The notes below the pieces were generated by a model. It saw only the letters and a program-made list of their open reading frames with translations. It searched no databases and had not been told where the DNA came from. This document shows, piece after piece, positions 1 to 12,005 of a DNA stretch of 64,000 nt (positions are counted from its first letter, which is position 1; every line of letters starts with the position of its first letter). Made by a program: the position numbers and the translations under genes. Source of the DNA: Neoechinorhynchus agilis (Eukaryota; Animalia; Acanthocephala); the NCBI GenBank assembly GCA_051530055.1, contig CM121343.1, positions 4,682,389 to 4,746,388 on the forward strand, given 5' to 3'.

Positions 1-251
1 TTGAATTTTTAATATTCCCGATTTGCACTTAATGCGAAGGTTTTTCTCAGAGCTGAAGAAATGACCATCTTTAAAGAATTTTTATTACATTTGCTCGCGT
101 GTTCTTAGGAATTTTATAGATATATCATTATTGTTTAGGTCTACACCCTTTAAATGATTATTTTTTAAAGACGTTTCGAACCTCGTCGGGTAAAACAATA
201 ATATCTATTTGAAGATTGGATGGTTTATATGGGTTGTTTTCCGACGACAAG

Positions 252-408
252 ATTAAAATGATTTTATTTTAAAATCCGATATTTCGGCACAATCTTGTAC
301 GCCTTTATCAAGGTTGTTTTTTACTCGTATTTTTCTCGGAAAACAACCTTGATAAAGACGTACAAGATTGTGCCGAAATATCGGATTTTAAAATAAAATC
401 ATTTCAAT
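252..408. repeat. Near-perfect inverted repeat (fold-back, MITE-like)
   Basis: The 65-bp arm at 256-320 (AAATGATTTTATTTTAAAATCCGATATTTCGGCACAATCTTGTACGCCTTTATCAAGGTTGTTTT) is the reverse complement of 340-404 with one mismatch; the loop is 19 bp. Confidence 0.9.
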
Positions 409-1465
409 TTCTCCACCATAAAACGACGAACAATAATTTCGTCATAGTAGTTCAATTTTTTATTGCCCAAACGTTATATTTGTTATGCTTACAGCGGCTT
501 TCGATTTTCATATTTAAGTGTAAAACTTAAATTGCTCAACAAATATTAACATGCTTTGTTTCAATAATCGAGAGGTGATGAAAAACAATGATGAAGCCTT
601 TATTGTTTCGCCATTAGCGATCAAAATAAATTCGATTAATCGTACTGTTGTATTATCATAAATCTTTAAAGACAATGAAGATGTTTTTTCAAGGTTGTCA
701 TTAATAATCTATTCGTTCTGTCTTATTTAATGTTGCACAATGCCAATATATTTTTTATAAAAGCGCAATTTAACTAATATGCGTTCCTACAATTTTGCTG
801 ATAGTCTCAGATATCATTTTTCGGGCCGTACAAAATTACTCTTCGCGGGTATTAAGGTCTTCTTTAAATCGGCGTTAAGGCTCTAACAACACATTATTGT
901 CATTTTATAGTATCCAATGAAGCTTACCTTAACAGATATAATACCACCTAATTTGGTTGCATTGAAACTTTTCAAGAAGAAATGAGCAGTTCAATAATAA
1001 CAATAGATAAAAATAATGTTTTATTGTGATTCGCAGTGAGTTAGTTCTTAAGACCAAATTAAAAATGTTATTGAGGCATAAATGAAATTAAATAAAGATC
1101 GAATGTGATTTAAAGTCGTCGCGATGACAATTAAATTTTCACTTTTATTAAAGATACCCAGCTTTGCATATAGAATGAACCTTAAAACTCGAGAAATTTC
1201 GTCTGCAAAACAATATAGAAATATTTACATCCATTCAGATAGAGACCATGCAATTCCAATCTAGGTGGAACTTTCACAACCGCCCATTGGTTAAAATTTT
1301 ATTTTAAAGTCTCGCGACTCATGTGGCATTTCTTGAAACGCTTTCGAATCCCAGCGCACAAGTAACAAGTTTTACAAAATACAAGAAACGCACTCACAGT
1401 TATGAACATCTTAGGCATATGCACGATAATTAAATAGCGCAACCATGCATTTGTTTCTAAAACGC

Positions 1466-1655
1466 TCATGTTACTGGTGCGAAGGTCACTACGGGAAAGC
1501 CGTATTGACCCACAAACGAGCAGTTGTCACCAAATGCTTCCTGATTATTATCTCTTTGATCCATAACAAAACTGTCCTCATCAGTTTCCTCTACATGTCT
1601 AAAATGTACGATCCTAGATCCAAGACTATGTGCCTTCAGCATTGAGCCAGCAGAT
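1466..1655 (-). CDS. L1CAM: Terminal cytoplasmic exon with ankyrin-binding FIGQY-type motif (FVGQY)
   Basis: Encodes SAGSMLKAHSLGSRIVHFRHVEETDEDSFVMDQRDNNQEAFGDNCSFVGQYGFPVVTFAPVT*; FVGQY at 1502-1516. Confidence 0.9.
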
Positions 1656-4600
1656 CTACACGAATGTAAAGGGTTTAAACCCTGTGAAATATTTACAGTG
1701 CTTCTAACGTTTTGATGTATTCAATAAATCCACTCTCTTCCTCTTGATCTTCCTCTAATTCAAAATCTCGTACTAAATGGAGGAAAAGAATATCATCGCA
1801 AATTTCGAATTGACTCACTTGAATAGTTAATTCCACGTTCCCGGATCAACATGCAAACAACTACCAGAAGTAGAAGCAAGATACTAATTGTTACGACAAC
1901 GCCGATAAACCACGAAGAACGGGAGATCTCAGTGCTCGTAAATTCTAAAGAATTAAATGTACGCAAACATTGTGAGTTTAAACAACATTAAAATGAACAA
2001 TATTGTAACATTACTGTTTTTGTATATTCCAAAAAAAATCAGGGCTCAAATGCTCAAAATGCGAGAGTAAAAAGTTTGTATATACAATAAGACTTTTGCG
2101 TTTATAGCAAATGAACCATTTTGTGTACACTGTAACGCAGGGAATTTGCTTTTTTATTTTCCGATTGTTCACATTCCTTATCATTAACGGTCTTGTGATC
2201 ATTTTCGAATTAAAGGATCCATTTCTTATCAAGCATTTCTATTTGTATTATTTTATTTTAGATAGCATACTATAATGATGAAATAAGATGTAAAATAAGT
2301 TTATGTAAGTGGTATTAATTGATCAATAACGATTGGGGAATCATAGTTACTATGCTCGCCAATACAATTTAGTGATTTATGTAGGCAACACAAGTCTAAC
2401 TCAATCTTTCGATATTCAAGGGATGTTTTTAGGTGGAAGTGGCTACCTGACATACAACCGAACACCTAAAAGTTAACTTAAAAACTACTAATCAAGAGAC
2501 AATTTAAAGGGCATTAAAGCTCTTTAAATGTTTAACGACAACACTTGAATAATATTTAACAGACGACATACTCGTTCCAGCGGTTCTTATTACGACTGGA
2601 TCGCTGACGGTGCCATTCTGGATTCCGTCGGAAGCAACCAATATAATTTCGTAGTCCGTTTCCACATCCAGATTATAGAGAAGAATAAAATTGCGCATCG
2701 TTTCACCGAGGGTATATTCGTATATGCCCAAATCCCCGGTTTCTAAATCAGAAGGATTTTACATCGAATCATAACTTTAGATACTAGCCCTTTCGTCTAT
2801 ACTTTACAAAATACATTGCGCCCGGTACTGGCATAGTGAACGGATTCCAAGTAACATTGGCCGTGGTTTCAGTGATATCTTTTACTCGCGGACGCGGCTT
2901 TGAGGGTGCTATTCTCAGTTTGTGGGGTATATTACATGTCAAAGTGGGAAAATCAAACCGTTCGATTCGCCAATCGTCAATATGCCAACCGCCGGTACCT
3001 CTGATCGACCTTTTGATGTGAAGGCTCTTATCTCGAATCTGTATAACGATTTCGGAATGAGGCCGCCAGCAATATATGACCGAATGTTTGCATCGGATAT
3101 ATCTTCATGTGGATGAATATCACTCATACTGTGCATACTACGCATATGTATTAAGGATCAATAATTAAATTCTTAAGTAAAATTACCCTTCGACGCATCG
3201 TATCCTAATGAAATATCCTAGAATGTTGCCATGTGGGTCATTAGGAGGCTTCCACATAGCCTTGAGGCCATTAATGCCGAAGGGGACTACCTTAAGGTTT
3301 AGCACGACACCGGGTTTGCCTTCAGGCATTTTGAATTTTATCTATAAAAATCAATTTGGTAGAAGAAACCAATCTGGGCAAGAGTAAAGCACTCACTGGG
3401 TAAGAAGGTTCGCCTATAAATCGGTCATTCATTACCGCTATTCGGGCAGTAATGTCCGACCATGGTGTTAGAGTATCAACGATCGCACTTGATACATTTC
3501 CCAAGATTATCTCATTGAGCGTACATCGTGTGCCACATTGATCCCGGTAATGATAGATCTACATGATGTCGAATACTGCAAGTATATAAATTTGGATTAT
3601 ACCAATTAATATGAATTTTTATGGGACGCTAACGAACTAATCTAAGAAAATAGTAATTTTAAGCTATAGTTTCCTTTATTTTATACTCGATCCTACGAAA
3701 TGTACACCATTTTTACGCGTCTGAAATCGCAAACCGTGGCACAAGTCGTCTGAGTAAAAACAACAGAATAATACAATGACGTTCATAAACTACTCTCAAT
3801 TAAAAAATTAAATGATCTCGTTTTTAAATTTATTCTTTATATACTGATGCAACAAAACACCCCCCCCCATTACATACAACAAAGCCTTTGAGTCGACCAT
3901 AAAGTCGAGCTATCTCAGCTGATTTCGTGATGTAGTTCCAGGAAAATTGGGCCGTGTTTCCGTTAAGTATTGCTACAACTCGGAAACTTGGTAATATATA
4001 ACGAGGACCTGTTAAGATAGCGAATGCTTAAGGATAGACAAACCGCTATCACAATCTTACGCCCTTCGCCTGAGAAACCAATATAAACTTTGGGTTCTTC
4101 GGCTGTACCGTTGTCCCGATCATAATATCCATTTCTCGCAGCAACAGAAAACTCATAAGACTCATAAGGAGTACTTCCATTGATATCAAAATAATGAGTA
4201 TCATGATCAAGCTGCACAAGAGCGAGGATATCACCCTTCCGACGCCATTGAATTTCATACCAGAATGCTGGTGCATTCCAATCAGATTTTTTAAGAGGCT
4301 AAATTATAAATTCACTTGGATTACACAATAATGAAGCTGGCTAATAAAACTTACTGTCCAAGTGATTCTTAATCCTGCGGTTATGTGCCCTGTACTTTTA
4401 ACATTTTCCGGATGTCTCTTGGGGGCACAAGGTGCAGTAGTGCACATCGTCTCCGACGGCGAACTTGGTTCAGATGCACCATGTCGATTATATGCGATCA
4501 CCCTGAAGGTGATATTAGCCCAACATGTCAAATTGACTTTCAAATCAGTCTGGGAAGACGGAATATGGGATGTTTCGTACTCTTAATTTGGGTTTATCAA

Positions 4601-7600
4601 CGTAATCATTTAAATTACTAAGTGAATACCTTCTTGAGATGGAATAATGGTTCGGTGACTACCATGAACAAATATTTCCTCTGTTGATTCCCTTATTTGT
4701 GTAATTCGAAACTCCGTCCAATCATTTGGTTCGAAGCTAGTTTTGTACTGAACTTTGTAAAATAGGACCGGTGCATAGTTGTCAGCTAAGCCAACGATTG
4801 TTAGTGCCCTGAATGTTCTTCCTAACCTGGGCTTCTCCATTGAATATTTGCTCTCCTGTCATTGCCACATACAACACTCAAAATCTGAGGAGCTTCAGGA
4901 ACGTCTTGTACAAGAAGCGTGGCGCCTTCAGTCGCATTGTCCAGTTTTGTTCGAACGCCACATGAATAAAAACCGGTATCTGTATGTCGTGCAGACAATA
5001 TCTTCAAAGAATTCTGGTCGTTTTCATCGATGATCATTCTGCGGTTTGAACTGATCAACCGGTTGTCTTTATACCACTCATAAACGACCCCTAATTTAAG
5101 GTCATGATCCGCCGTACACCTGAAGACCACGAGAGATCCTCGTTTCACATCCTGATTCATCGGTCGTATTTTTATTTTTGTCTTTAGACGAACAATCAAT
5201 GATCGATTTGCACTGACTGATCCCAATTCGTTTGAAAGTAGACATGAGTATATTCCTGCATCAGACAGTTTAACCTTGTCTATCTCTAATGTCCCCTTCA
5301 GCGCATCTAATTTGTGCCTAAAAAATATTTCATTTAACTTTTTGTATCGCACGCGCAAACATTTACCTTTCGTCATTTCGAATTCTTTTCCTTCTGAATT
5401 TCCAATCAAGTCTAGGAGCCGGAACTGCAAAATAATCACATTTGATAACAACATGAGAGCCCTCAACATGCTCATACTCATCATACTCGGAACCCACTTT
5501 AGGCGCCTGCGCTTCAAAAATGAACGAAATATGATAACTTTTGAAGTTTTTAATTACACTTACAAATCACATTCAGATAGGCATTTGCATGGAGGAAACC
5601 CCTTGTTTTACTCGTAACATTGCATTGAATCACACTTGTATCGTTCTGATTCGTTCGTCTTATAGTTAGCGTATTATGTCCAATGGACCAACGTTCATCT
5701 ACAGTTGGATCTATTTTTAAAGGTTTTCCATTTTTGAACCATTGAACGGTATACACCGCCGTTATTTGTGTTGTTAATGCCCAAGGTAGATGTGGCTCGC
5801 AAACAAACGAAACTGTTGTATTAGGAACCGCATTCATATTCGTTGGCTTAGCTCTCCATCTGAGCATCTCGTTCACTCTGATATTCATACTATGTGAGCG
5901 GATCCCATAGTCTATATGTTCATCAGTATATGCAAACTTTATATGCACTCACCGTTAAACCCGTGACACTCATAAACGCCAGAGTCACTAGGTTGAGCAT
6001 TCAGTATCACGAGCTCCTGACCTTCATTGTTGAACATAAATCGAGCCTTAGGCATCATGTTACATCAGAGGTCCCCAATATGTGTTTAAAGATGGTCCAA
6101 TTTACGCAAAAAATAAATCGAAATCTTTGAATAAATTTAATCGAAAATTTAGCAAGGGGTTAACATTTTAAAATGTTCTCTAACTGTTACACAATTGGCA
6201 ACTTTCGCAATGAATAAAATACTAGATTTTAGTTCCGTAAACGCTTCGGAATAAACACTCCGGATATAGAAACGTAAATTGTTTAATACGATTTATTTTC
6301 AGAATTGCTCTCCTATGAGCACCAGTATATTGAAAGGCAAATGGCCGATACGTTTTAAGTATTTAATAATTTCCGATACATTGTTGAAGACTAGCAGGAG
6401 TGTAATTGAGCTGGACAAGCTTATGAATAGAATGAAATATCTATAATCAAAATTTAATTAATTAATTGCGTTAAAACTACAGCTGCCGTCTAAGAGAAAG
6501 CTACAGCGGCGCAGGACCTGGTCAATCAATTGTCCAAGAGATTGAGACGAATCACTGGTGATCCGAGGGCAGGAGCATTTCTCCTGCAAAACATAAGTCT
6601 GGCTGTGCAACACGGGGGCGAAGGCTGCATCCGTCCTTTCGACCATCACAACACAAGGACGGCAGCTGAGTGATCCAGAGCGGCGGTGTGAGTGATATAA
6701 CGCTAATTAAAATTCATCATCTTAAATGAATCTCTTGCATGATAAAATCAGAATTAGAAAGCAAAGAAATGGTATTAAAAAAGGAAATTTTGAATTTTTT
6801 GTTTAAGATTTGTTTACATTTTTGGGGACGTCTGCTTGACCGCCTTGCCTCTTCCATATTGTCAGTGGAATATTTTTTCCTGCAAATATACATTTTAACC
6901 TTACCGTTTGTCCAGAACGATACTCCAAGTTCTTTTCAGATGACCACAGTAGATATGGATGTTTCTGTAGACTTGTAGCTAAATTTCAATAATGAATCAA
7001 TATGTCAAATGAAGTTTAGAATAATTTAAACACTAACAGCCAACTATTTTAAGCTCATTTGTTACACTTTTCCGCACTAATCCTAATTCATGATTATAAG
7101 CATTGCAAATATAAAACCGATTGTCAACGTGATTACGGTTAACACCAATGATATACAAACGACCTATTGCATTTAAATGATTTTCAAAAACTTAGAAAAA
7201 TGTTACCATTGTGATCCCGAGTCACAGACGATGTATGACCAACCATCGATTCGACACCAGAACCATCTTGGCTTGTCGATAAAGTCCAATAAATACTAGC
7301 GTCAGGCACACTGTCAGGTGCATCACAGTCGAGTATGGCGATTCCGCCTAGTTCCACACTCTTCTGTCTCGGATTCATTTCGCGGAAAGCTCCCAACGCT
7401 AAAGAAATTATGTTATTGCATGCTCTTAAATACTTTCCAATGTAGCTTTTCATTTCAAAATTAAAAGTCAAACTCGTGTCACTAACCTGCCAAACGCAGC
7501 TTTGAAATTTGCGAGACGGCGGTACCAAGTTCGTTGCTCGCTTTGCATTGGTAGTATCCTTCATCCACCAATGCAGGTTCAGTGATCAATAAACGGCCAT

Positions 7601-7948
7601 TTGAGCCATGGACTATAATTCGTTCATCGTCGGCAGAACCTGGATTCAAGACTTTACCGTCCTTAAACCACTCGTATCTGTTATGTACTTTGTGATTTAG
7701 TTTTTCCGAATTAGAGTTGCTTACTTATACTTACACTGGTGGTGGATTGGCGTCAGCTTTACATCCTATCTCGAGCATCATTTTAGGAATGGCTATGATT
7801 TGACTCGATGGTTGCAAGGTCAATGTAGGCGGTGTATTTACTAAACACATTAAACTAGGATGAAACAAGGATTTGAACCGACTACTAGTTCGGTACCTTG
7901 TATAGAATTGAATTTGTGTAAGCGTAACAAAAGAAGAACGACAATCAT
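1466..7948 (-). CDS. L1CAM: L1CAM/neuroglian-family cell adhesion molecule (multi-exon; signal peptide, 6 Ig, 5 FN3, TM, cytoplasmic tail)
   Basis: Manually spliced GT-AG exons with consistent phases at the junctions checked. Putative start MIVVLLLL (ATG 7948). Ig1 CKADANPPPVYEWFKDG...DEGYYQCKASNELG; Ig2 LDCDAPDSVPDASIYW; Ig3 LKCIFAGKNIPLTIWKR; Ig4-6 in ORFs 5550-5948 and 4822-5517. FN3 repeats such as WANITFRVIAYNRHGASEPS and PLKKSDWNAPAFWYEIQWRRK. TM SWFIGVVVTISILLLLLVVVCMLIR; tail SFVGQY; stop TGA 1466-1468. Family call only; orthology to a specific paralogue not resolved and the start codon is less certain than the rest. Confidence 0.93.
1819..1944 (-). CDS. L1CAM: Transmembrane exon of the L1-family gene
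   Basis: AG...GT-bounded exon encoding FTSTEISRSSWFIGVVVTISILLLLLVVVCMLIRERGINYS, resembling the L1-family WFIG...YS transmembrane/juxtamembrane pattern; phase 1 matches the last FN3 exon donor at ~2572. Confidence 0.92.
6500..6702 (+). mobile_element. 5'-truncated 3' end of a CRE-clade non-LTR retrotransposon, in an L1CAM intron
   Basis: Translates AAQDLVNQLSKRLRRITGDPRAGAFLLQNISLAVQHG (RLE C-terminal QRISxAVQRGNA-like motif). Aligns at DNA level with the reverse complement of ~31206-31400, including the 3' UTR (TGATCCAGAGCGG...TAACG). Confidence 0.85.
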
Positions 7949-9505
7949 ACTCGTTTCTTAATCATAACAAAGAAGGCGATGATTTTGATGATAAGCGGAT
8001 TATTATTTTGGTAGCAAAGATCGCAAAAAACCCACACCCCACTTCTAAAAAATTAACAAAGTAGACGTAACGAAAGTAGCCCGGGATTATTTCAAACTAT
8101 TTATTAATTCATTTCTATCAGGCTTTTTGACCCTGCCCTCAAGGGGAAAATTTTCCATGCCTTTCGTCGTAAATGTGCACGAAGATACGAGCAACATGGG
8201 TTTAAAAGTTATCGAGGGACCTAAATGCACCTGAACGCAACAGGAATTAATTTTAAATGATACATTAAGTTTTTTCCTTCACAAATTCAAGGAATGCTTA
8301 CATAGGATTAAGAAATATTAAATGAAATTTTTAATGCTACGCGATTGCTGATGGTACTAAGAGTGTCATACTTGCGACTGATAAGTGGATCAAGAGTGGG
8401 CGAAGCGCTTTGTTGGATGAGTTTGGCGTGCGCCATAGGCAATAAAAGAGAGAAAATGCGAAACACTTTAGTGACAAATTAAGGTTCGGGGGTCTCTTAA
8501 TGCATAAGATGGCAAGAACCTGATATATATTATGGTATAGTAAACTTATGGCTCCAACAGGTCATTTCGGAAATTTAGTCCACGATTACCTCGATGGATT
8601 CGGTTGCATGGAACTATACCCTTATGAGTTCAGAACTCCGCGAATTATAATATCCATAGATTCGATAGTATCGGTACCGCGACTATTATGGCTTTCGCTG
8701 CTTTATACAAGAGCCATGTCGAGAATCGATATTTTTTATAGAGGATATAATCGTCAGTGGAGATTTCCCTATTACACCAATATATAAAAGTTGAGAACGC
8801 ATTGTCCACCATCTTCACTTTTGGAAGAAAATTCTTGTAAATCAGGCATTGTCCCACTCAGCAACTGCAATCATGAAATTGAGCATTTGATTGGGAAGTT
8901 GATCCAAATAGGTGACTAGTGACGCTAGGATGGGAAATCTAGGGTTTCTAACGTGATTTATAAGGAGATTTAAATGTTGCGAGCAGGAAACTACATTTAC
9001 AAAGTAGAATTCACAAATTATAGTGCCAAATAGTTTTTAACACTGGAGAAGTCAGACCATGATTTAGGGCATCGATAGTAAAAATGAAGCGTGATAAATA
9101 AACATATATAAGCGCCAACTTTTTTCGCGTTTGGTCACAATATGTTGGCCGTTTTAACTTTATGGCATAAACGTTATACAGGAAAGTCATTTAGAAGAGC
9201 AAAATCGAAAATTCTCTTAGAGAAGAGTTTAAATTAAAGTTATTTAACATGTATTTTCGTTTCTCAAGCATTCGTGAACTATTTATAGACAATTCAGATA
9301 CGGACCTTCTTTTGTCGTCGAACCCTTCGACGAAAACGTCTTGGCAATCGAAAAAGAGAAATGCAATACCCTTAGCTGTGCGCAATAGCACGTTTTCGGG
9401 AGAAATGGCAATCAATGGAGCTTAAGAATGAGTTGTCGTCGTCGTCTTATAGATCACAGAGATAAATAGAACGTTAATTTGTATGAAGGAAGAGGGGATT
9501 TAAGA

Positions 9506-9745
9506 TGGTGGTGGTGGTGGTGGTGGTGGTGGTGGTGGTGGTGGTGGTGGTGGTGGTGGTGGTGGTGGTGGTGGTGGTGGTGGTGGTGGTGGTGGTGGTG
9601 GTGGTGGTGGTGGTGGTGGTGGTGGTGGTGGTGGTGGTGGTGGTGGTGGTGGTGGTGGTGGTGGTGGTGGTGGTGGTGGTGGTGGTGGTGGTGGTGGTGG
9701 TGGTGGTGGTGGTGGTGGTGGTGGTGGTGGTGGTGGTGGTGGTGG
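9506..9745. repeat. Perfect (TGG)80 microsatellite
   Basis: 240 uninterrupted bases; gives the 80-W run in ORF 9479-9760. Confidence 0.98.
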
Positions 9746-10116
9746 AAATCGTTCAACTGAGTGCACATCACGGATGAGTGGAGATTTGACACATTTGATG
9801 TGAAATGCGCGTTACGAGTGTGAATGGATCGATGTGGCTTATTCACACCTATGTTTTTGTGAAAAACAAAAAAGAACGTACCTTCAAATTTAAGTCCGCT
9901 CATCGCGCACATTTGAACAGTAAGAGAGAACGAAGAGGAGGACAACGCCTACTTCACTAAGACATAGTAATTGCTAAATCTTTTGTGACAGAATAATCGG
10001 CACATTTCTCTTTTGCCCTGGCACAGCATTCACAGGCGGCACCGTCACACACACAAAAAAAACACTTAACGAAATTGCTCCGCACATATTCGAGTGTATC
10101 ACGATGTGGTTGTTCG

Positions 10117-10140
10117 CAGCAGCAGCAGCAGCAGCAGCAG
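10117..10140. repeat. (CAG)8 microsatellite
   Basis: Directly visible. Confidence 0.95.
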
Positions 10141-10765
10141 TCGAGGCGGCGGGGTGTATTTTCGCGAGACGGGGGACTCGGCAAAGGAACGCAAATGTGG
10201 ATTAGTTTCAATGGGTTGCACACCATTGAGGGACAACTGTTTTCACAGCAACAGCATAATAGATATACGCGGGCCTTCTCCTACCCCACCCCTATGTGCT
10301 CCTGCGCAATTCGGAAAAAGCGACTGTCAATCCATCAAGGAGAAAGACGTGAGCGTAGAAAAAAATTGTTACAGCTAATTTTAAGTGCATTGTTGCACCC
10401 ATTGCACTTGGCGTATTGTTGCTAATTAAAGGGTTGCCGGAGGGACAGAAATGGCACTATGGAGGTTTCAACACCTCCAACCGTGCGAAGTATCAAAAAT
10501 GGACAACTACTTTAATAAAACAATCCACAATAACAAGTGCCTACTGTTGTTTAGCCGAATCAAAAATTGTGCCGATCTAAAAAATATATCGACTTTTATC
10601 TATTTGCTCATCCAAAATATATTAGCGATCAAGCAGCTTTTCTAATTGACGCATCGAAACATGTCACTTTGATTGTACACATTTTAGCCCTCTGAAAACT
10701 GAACGGCCTTTGCGTCAATATTTGACAGAACACGTCCGCAACGCACTGAGTCCGGTCGCAAAATC

Positions 10766-11300
10766 GTGGCTACATCATGGGCAATGCACCACTCAGAGTG
10801 CTACAGCGACGGAGTAGCTCTCCACGCGAGTTGGTGGAACTATCTACCTTGCCGCAAACAATGTGAGAAGAGTTCTGGACATGAGCTCGACAAAGCCCCA
10901 GAACTGTTCAATAAAGCGGGACGAACTTTCCTCTTTGATGTCGCTATTTTAACACACTTTGCGTCTCCATCCGTCTTTGTAGATTCCTGAGCGTAAGTCA
11001 TACGACGGCGAATCTCTATTTTTATCATTACAACAGCCCTCTTCCAAGTGCCAATTTTCGAAAACACAACTTAATCAACCATGAGACTGGAAAATCACGT
11101 AGTATTTTACAAGATTCCAAATAACGAGAAGAACGGTAATGTTCAAATTGGGGGTTTATAAACGCCAACGAACTAAAGATCTTGAACGATTTAGCAAAAG
11201 CGCGAGTTTCTATGCAGTCGCTACAGATTAGAAAGCTCCGTTTAAAATACCATTGGAAGCATTATTACCATCGGTTTAGTTGACAGTGACCTATCGCTTA
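10766..11300 (+). mobile_element. Highly degenerate RLE-type non-LTR retrotransposon C-terminus
   Basis: Broken frames give HHSECYSDG...APELFNKAGRTFLFDVAILTHFASPS and GFINANELKILNDLAK...WKHYYHRFS, resembling CCHC/PD..D/QRxS motifs of RLE domains; several stops. Confidence 0.35.
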
Positions 11301-11690
11301 GATCAAGTAACCAAACAGAGGATACAAAAATTAAACATTGAGACCTGCAGAAGTGATGAAAAATAAAGATTATACTCATGTTGCCCAATATTGAAAAAGA
11401 TTCGTAGAGTAATACTCAGAATCTCTCGGTGGGCAAGCAGCAATAAAGAACGTTAAGATCTCAAGACTTTCAGGACACATTTCTAAACCAAAATCTTCAC
11501 GCCTCTTTCAATTATATTTCGCATTTCAGAAAAGTAAAAGTGGAAAAGTACAGCGACTTTTAATAGTCATTTGATATTTAGACTATCACATTTCCTCGAA
11601 ACCCTCTACTCATCAGTATAATTAAATAAACCCATTTGTTAACAAGTTTAAATTATGAGATGATCATCTAGCAACACCATTTCAATGAAT

Positions 11691-11696
11691 TTTATT
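11691..11696 (-). promoter_or_regulatory. Candidate polyadenylation signal (AATAAA) for the WDFY3-like gene
   Basis: TTTATT on the + strand, ~310 nt downstream of the TAG at 12006-12008. Confidence 0.4.
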
Positions 11697-12005
11697 AATA
11701 GTTATAAAAATAAACATAGTTTACGATCACTTAACAGGAAACAGAAAACTTCAAGTTTATCGCTAAATTGCAGTTTAAACTTGTTATAAAATGGTCACCA
11801 AAAAGTAATTTTAGTGAGCGGCATTAAAAATTTACTCATGTGCACCGCAAGTAAAATTATATATCTACAAAATGAACAAACAATAATCACTTGATTTAAT
11901 TTTACAAATCGCACACGTCTTCACTAGTCCGGGTGAATAAGATAACAACAACATGAAGAGAGTATTGACAAAACAAGTTTACTGTGACAAACAGTGAAAG
12001 AGAAA

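Noticed and set aside
2396-2460. Possible early terminal exon giving a secreted, TM-less L1CAM
   Set aside because: A canonical TM exon (1819-1944) in the correct phase and cytoplasmic exons exist; nothing in the sequence supports the alternative beyond an AG.
8548-8857. Short opposing ORFs upstream of L1CAM
   Set aside because: No recognisable domain or splice structure in any frame.
9454-9945. Poly-H, poly-W, poly-P and poly-V ORFs
   Set aside because: Translations of the (TGG)80 microsatellite.
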